Made by a program: the position numbers and the translations under genes. A model generated the notes under the pieces. It did no database searches. It saw nothing but the letters and a program-made list of their open reading frames with translations, and was not told the origin of the DNA. A stretch of DNA of 64,000 nt from an uncultured Alphaproteobacteria bacterium. Its GTDB lineage: Bacteria > Pseudomonadota > Alphaproteobacteria > Rs-D84. Numbering within the stretch: position 1 is the first letter of the stretch; every line of letters starts with the position of its first letter. Where the stretch lies: the NCBI GenBank assembly GCA_905234185.1, contig CAJOGC010000005.1:936-64935 (forward strand), read 5' to 3'. Of the stretch, positions 60,138 through 64,000 are shown piece by piece.

Positions 60138-60160
60138 ATAAGTAAAAAGAGATATTAATT

Positions 60161-60520
60161 ATGGCAAGTTTTATTCACAAAATTTGGCTCACACCTGTTC
60201 AGTGCAAAGTATTGGATTTTATCAAAGAAAACGCTGATGCGGTTGAATACAAAAAAGGCAAAACGGTCGCTATTTTACCGGGTTATAACGAATATACCGT
60301 AAACCATGTATTTATACACGCAGACAATAAAGCATTACACGCGACACTTATCGCGCCCGAAAATAAGTCCCAGGATTTTAAATCGACATATTCATTTTCG
60401 TGCAAAAAACCGTGCACTAAGAAAAAATGCCCATTGCTTAATGCGACACAATCTGCTCATCACGGATTGACGACGGGTTTGCAAAAATGGTTTATGCCAG
60501 GATGTATAACAACTATATAG
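60161..60520 (+). CDS. Small paralogue 3 (119 aa)
   Basis: N-terminus MASFIHKIWLTPVQCKVLDFIKENADAVEY. C-terminal Cys-rich tail (CKKPCTKKKC). Confidence 0.5.
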   Translation: MASFIHKIWLTPVQCKVLDFIKENADAVEYKKGKTVAILPGYNEYTVNHVFIHADNKALHATLIAPENKSQDFKSTYSFSCKKPCTKKKCPLLNATQSAHHGLTTGLQKWFMPGCITTI

Positions 60521-60573
60521 AACACCAAAAAAATCGCGAGAAATGATGATAACCGCATTTCTATTGGATTACA

Positions 60574-60960
60574 ATGTTAAATAAGCTTGCCAATCTTCAT
60601 AAACAATGCTTCCCCGACAAACCATGGTCGGCATCTGATTTTGCAGAATTAAAGAAATCGGGGTGTGAAATTTTGGCGTCCGATAACGGATTTATAATAT
60701 GGCGAACAGTCGCAGACGAAGCCGAAATAATATCCATTGGGGTTGCCCCGAATGCGCGCCGTTCTGGTATCGCCGGTGCCATGATTTTGCTTATGGAACA
60801 AGAATTGAAAAAATCAGGTATTGTCAATGTGTTTTTGGAAGTTTCTGAAGTGAATATTCCGGCAAAAAAACTATATGAAAAATACGGGTTTGTACCGACC
60901 GGAAAAAGGCCCAAATATTACGATGGTACCGATGCAATTATCATGACCAAAAGGCTGTGA
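60574..60960 (+). CDS. rimI: Ribosomal-protein-alanine N-acetyltransferase (GNAT)
   Basis: 128 aa with a GNAT fold motif (…RRSGIAGAMI…). Position downstream of tsaB. Confidence 0.78.
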   Translation: MLNKLANLHKQCFPDKPWSASDFAELKKSGCEILASDNGFIIWRTVADEAEIISIGVAPNARRSGIAGAMILLMEQELKKSGIVNVFLEVSEVNIPAKKLYEKYGFVPTGKRPKYYDGTDAIIMTKRL

Positions 60961-62006
60961 AAATGAACGAAAAATCATTGTCAAAAACACACGGCAAAAT
61001 CCTGCAACGGGTTGCAAAAACAGATACAAATATACACGGGATAAGAAAGGCCGAAACAGTCCCTGCCCGCAAATTAAGCCTTGTCATATTTGGCGGTGAA
61101 AGAACTGTGAAAAACAAAGATGCAAACTGGTATATGTCGATGTTCGAGCGTCTTTTGCATTTTTATAATATACACGATGTCAACATATATTCTGCCGTTT
61201 ATGATTTCGAATCCACCAACAGGAAACCAGAACGCACAAATGCGTTTATTGCGGCCGGTCATAAAATAGCCAGGATGTATGGGGCCACAACACCCATTGA
61301 TACGCAATACATAGATGATTTATATCGAACCGTTGTCCGACCGCGTTTTATAAATAAAAACAATGAAATACTGTCAGAAATTGACGCAATAAATAATGTT
61401 CGACAACTGATTATCTTTGACCATTGTCATGGTGCCACACCGGTGCGCGCGTTCCAAGATATTATGGCATCAGATATGGAAAAATCCGGATATACACCAT
61501 CAACGATACGAAAGATTATGAAAAACCTGTTGGTTATTCAACACGCCCCCGTTGCGCCCCTGGAAAAATCGCGATTTAACACCGTCTCTTTTATGTCTGC
61601 GAATGACACACTCATGAATTTTTACAATAAAATTTCAGAATACATAGCAGATAATAATGCCGATGTATTACCGTCTTATATTTCATTGGGTAATTTTTTT
61701 GTCACCCACGCATTCACATACCAATACTTGGACGAACATTCTATTATTGGGCTGGTTCCGAATGAAATTTATGGTATGTTAACGCCGGACGGTGAAATAA
61801 TAATGGCTGCGGAACGCAATGCGATAATAAATGGCATTCGTGCCGCCCAGCAAGGCGCCCCGATGCCAACAATCCGCGAATTAATCGCCCCGGCATCTGA
61901 TAAAGATGCTATTAAACCAGACTTTGATACATTGATGCAGAACGGCGAATCCCTTATGAACATGATGCGTTATGATATGGCCCAGGAAAAATCGAAAGAA
62001 AGATAA
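60957..62006 (+). CDS. Hypothetical 349-aa protein
   Basis: ORF only. Convergent with the Pif1-like helicase, with a 5-nt gap. Confidence 0.45.
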   Translation: MKMNEKSLSKTHGKILQRVAKTDTNIHGIRKAETVPARKLSLVIFGGERTVKNKDANWYMSMFERLLHFYNIHDVNIYSAVYDFESTNRKPERTNAFIAAGHKIARMYGATTPIDTQYIDDLYRTVVRPRFINKNNEILSEIDAINNVRQLIIFDHCHGATPVRAFQDIMASDMEKSGYTPSTIRKIMKNLLVIQHAPVAPLEKSRFNTVSFMSANDTLMNFYNKISEYIADNNADVLPSYISLGNFFVTHAFTYQYLDEHSIIGLVPNEIYGMLTPDGEIIMAAERNAIINGIRAAQQGAPMPTIRELIAPASDKDAIKPDFDTLMQNGESLMNMMRYDMAQEKSKER

Positions 62007-62011
62007 CCCCG

Positions 62012-63283
62012 TCAAATATCATTGATAAAATCGACGACGCGCTGATCAAATATAACATCCCGCGGTCGCAACGGCGCAGACATGTGAATATCGGCCGCAC
62101 TGCGCGTACGCGACAGCGCGACATATGTTTGTCCATGCGCAAACGCCCCGCGCGAAATATCAACAATGACAGCATCTAAAGTTTTACCTTGGGCCTTATG
62201 TATCGTCATCGCGTACCCCAGGTTCAGCGGAAATTGTTTGTATGACCCAACCTCGGTTTCAATAATTTTGTCGTCCGCATCGCGCGAATATTCTATTTTT
62301 TGCCACTTTTCGGGCTTTACGACAACGACATCGTGCGTTTTATTTAGTAATTGGACAATTATTTCATGCGCCCCAAGTTGCTCTACAATACCCATTGATC
62401 CATTGTGCCATTTATCACCATTTTTAACAAAAACGACCAGTGCACCCTGCTTTAATGTCAGATTCATTGGCGCCGGTACATCGCGTTCAGAAAAATTGCC
62501 CGTAATTTCGCCGTTGTATGTCACATCTGGTGCAGCGATTTGATTTAACCTGTCGTCATTAATGCGTTCCGCAACCGCCCGAAACGGTGTAATTATAACC
62601 GCATTTGCGCGCCGCGATGCATCATCTATGCGACAATTATTGAAAAAATCCAGCGCCGATGAATCGTTTCCACGCAATCTCATAAGATTATCCAACAATT
62701 TATCGTCTTTTTGGCGATAAACTGTTCCGAAATTAAATGGAATAAATTCCGCACGCCGATATGCGTGCGAATCAAAGAAATATGCATTAGGGTGTTCGTA
62801 TTCGGTTGCATAGTATTTTTCCGCATCCCGCGTTATAACCGGCGGTAATTGAAACAAATCGCCAATCGCAACGATTTGGATTCCGCCAAACGGTTCATTA
62901 TTTCGCCGCGCCGCCCGCATAAGGTAATCCATTGCATCCAATAAATCCGGTGCAACCATCGATATTTCATCAATTATTAAAACATCGGTTCCACAGAGGA
63001 TATTTCGCGGCTTCGCCTTTAATTTCAACAATTCCATCATGATGAAATCGCGCGGCTGAATCTGGAACAACGAATGTATGGTTTGCCCCCCGACATTAAG
63101 TGCCGATACCGCGGTCGGACATGCACAAATAATGCGTTTTTTCGATGCGGATTTAATATAATTTACAAAAGTCGATTTTCCGGTTCCCGCCGGGCCCAGT
63201 ATAAGGATGTTAGATCGCGTATTTTCTAGTGTATTGAACGCGGCCATTTGCGATGGATTCAAAATCGGAACGATTGAAGACAT
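62012..63283 (-). CDS. Pif1-family SF1B DNA helicase
   Basis: Walker A GPAGTGKST. Motif II DEISMV. Pif1-signature GDLFQLPPV. 423 aa. Confidence 0.8.
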   Translation of the reverse strand: MSSIVPILNPSQMAAFNTLENTRSNILILGPAGTGKSTFVNYIKSASKKRIICACPTAVSALNVGGQTIHSLFQIQPRDFIMMELLKLKAKPRNILCGTDVLIIDEISMVAPDLLDAMDYLMRAARRNNEPFGGIQIVAIGDLFQLPPVITRDAEKYYATEYEHPNAYFFDSHAYRRAEFIPFNFGTVYRQKDDKLLDNLMRLRGNDSSALDFFNNCRIDDASRRANAVIITPFRAVAERINDDRLNQIAAPDVTYNGEITGNFSERDVPAPMNLTLKQGALVVFVKNGDKWHNGSMGIVEQLGAHEIIVQLLNKTHDVVVVKPEKWQKIEYSRDADDKIIETEVGSYKQFPLNLGYAMTIHKAQGKTLDAVIVDISRGAFAHGQTYVALSRTRSAADIHMSAPLRPRDVIFDQRVVDFINDI

Positions 63284-63349
63284 ATGCGTATAATGCCATA
63301 ATAAAAAATCCCTTGCAAGGATTTAAGAAACGATTATAATACCCGCCGT

Positions 63350-63426
63350 GGGTTATTAGCTCAGTTGGTTAGAGCGGAGCGCTCATAACGCTTTGGTCGT
63401 GGGTTCGAGTCCTACATAACCCACCA
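63350..63426 (+). tRNA. tRNA with CAU anticodon (elongator Met or lysidine-modified Ile2)
   Basis: GGGTTATTAGCTCAGTTGGTTAGAGCGGAGCGCTCATAACGCTTTGGTCGTGGGTTCGAGTCCTACATAACCCACCA. The anticodon stem lacks the three G-C pairs of an initiator. Confidence 0.85.
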
Positions 63427-63496
63427 CGATGATTCTCCAGACCGACATTGCAACTGGGAAATATTTTACGCCACGGGCGTTTTTTTTGTTTCCTTT

Positions 63497-64000
63497 TCCA
63501 GATACTAAAATTCCCCTTCGCGGTGCGAAGGGGTGTCACGAAGTGACGGGGTAGTTGTGGCGAGAGCCAAAGAAAGAAAAAACTTCACCACTCTTTCTGA
63601 CTACCCCGTCTTGCGTCACTGCCGTTCCGCAATCCACCCCTTCACTGTGGTGAAGGGGAATTAAACTCACTGGAATCATATTCCAGAGAATAAAGTCCCC
63701 TTCGTTGCACGAAGGGGTGTCACGAAGTGACGGGGTAGTTGTGACGAAAACCACAGAAAGTAAAAATTTTCCTCTCTTTCTGACTACCCCGTCTTGCGTC
63801 ACTGCCGTTCCGCAATCCACCCCTTCGTGCAACGAAGGGGATTTTGGAATCTGGCATCATAACTTTATTTTTACGCAATTATTCCAGAGAATTTAACTCC
63901 CCTTCACCACAGTGAATGGACGAAGTCTCGGCGAAACGAAGTGAAGGCGGATGGACAGGCGAAACGGACGGGGTAGTAATAAAACAAATTTTCACTTGCA
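63497..64000. repeat. Array of about 185-bp highly structured units (starts near 63497, 63681 and 63881). Each contains hairpin CCCCTTCG…CGAAGGGG, GTGTCACGAAGTGAC and the long inverted repeat GACGGGGTAG…CTACCCCGTC. The array runs off the window end
   Basis: Units 63513..63658 and 63697..63840 are about 90% identical. 'attccagagaat' precedes each unit. The third copy is truncated by the window edge. Confidence 0.8.

Noticed and set aside
63536-63832. 98-aa minus-strand ORF with internally duplicated sequence (…EGVDCGTAVTQDGVVRK… appears twice)
   Set aside because: It spans two copies of the ~185-bp structured repeat. The duplication in the 'protein' is just the DNA repeat. There is no RBS.
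1-64000. Searches for rRNA, a transposase or IS element, integrase, and toxin-antitoxin pairs
   Set aside because: No 16S/23S/5S signatures, no DDE or serine/tyrosine recombinase motifs, and no IS-type terminal inverted repeats were recognised. Possible island boundaries are inferred only from tRNA adjacency and repeats.

Overview
Window from a moderate-GC bacterial chromosome that looks alphaproteobacterial. The gene set and neighbourhoods suggest a host-associated or endosymbiont-like lineage. Supporting this: ruvB-ybgC-tolQ-tolR-tolA, rsmH, and the rpsP-rimM-trmD-rplS and tsaB-rimI neighbourhoods interrupted by insertions; Ala/Lys-rich tails on ribosomal proteins S9, S16 and L25; many secreted hypothetical proteins.

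The backbone is housekeeping: rpsI, rplM, argS, an OmpR/EnvZ-type two-component pair, ruvB, ybgC, tolQ, tolR, tolA, rnpB (RNase P RNA), secA, dnaE, rsmH, gpmI, tadA, rsmD, rplY, dnaK, pfk, rpsP, rimM, trmD, rplS, tsaD, xseA, recN, an addA-like helicase/nuclease, rpoD, cysS, a Lon-like ATPase, tsaB, rimI, and three tRNAs (Gly-CCC, Ser-GCU, Met/Ile2-CAU).

The unusual content is interspersed with this backbone:
- At the window start, a giant frameshifted surface-protein gene on the minus strand with 99-bp tandem repeats encoding DUF285-like 33-aa units, a ~1.2-kb internal module duplication and homopolymer tracts upstream.
- A compositionally distinct, co-oriented locus (21.2-24.9 kb) encoding a CxxC membrane protein and two large cysteine-rich secreted proteins.
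- A Lon-like AAA+ ATPase that lacks the protease domain.
- A tandem triplet of paralogous small genes inserted between tsaB and rimI.
- A split AddA (UvrD-like helicase and RecB-family nuclease as two overlapping ORFs) with no addB neighbour.
- A Pif1-family helicase and an unknown 349-aa protein next to a tRNA-Met, followed by a highly structured ~185-bp tandem repeat array that runs off the window end. A related hairpin motif also occurs near 3.4 kb.
- An HNH endonuclease beside tRNA-Gly.

No rRNA, no CRISPR array and no recognisable transposase were found.
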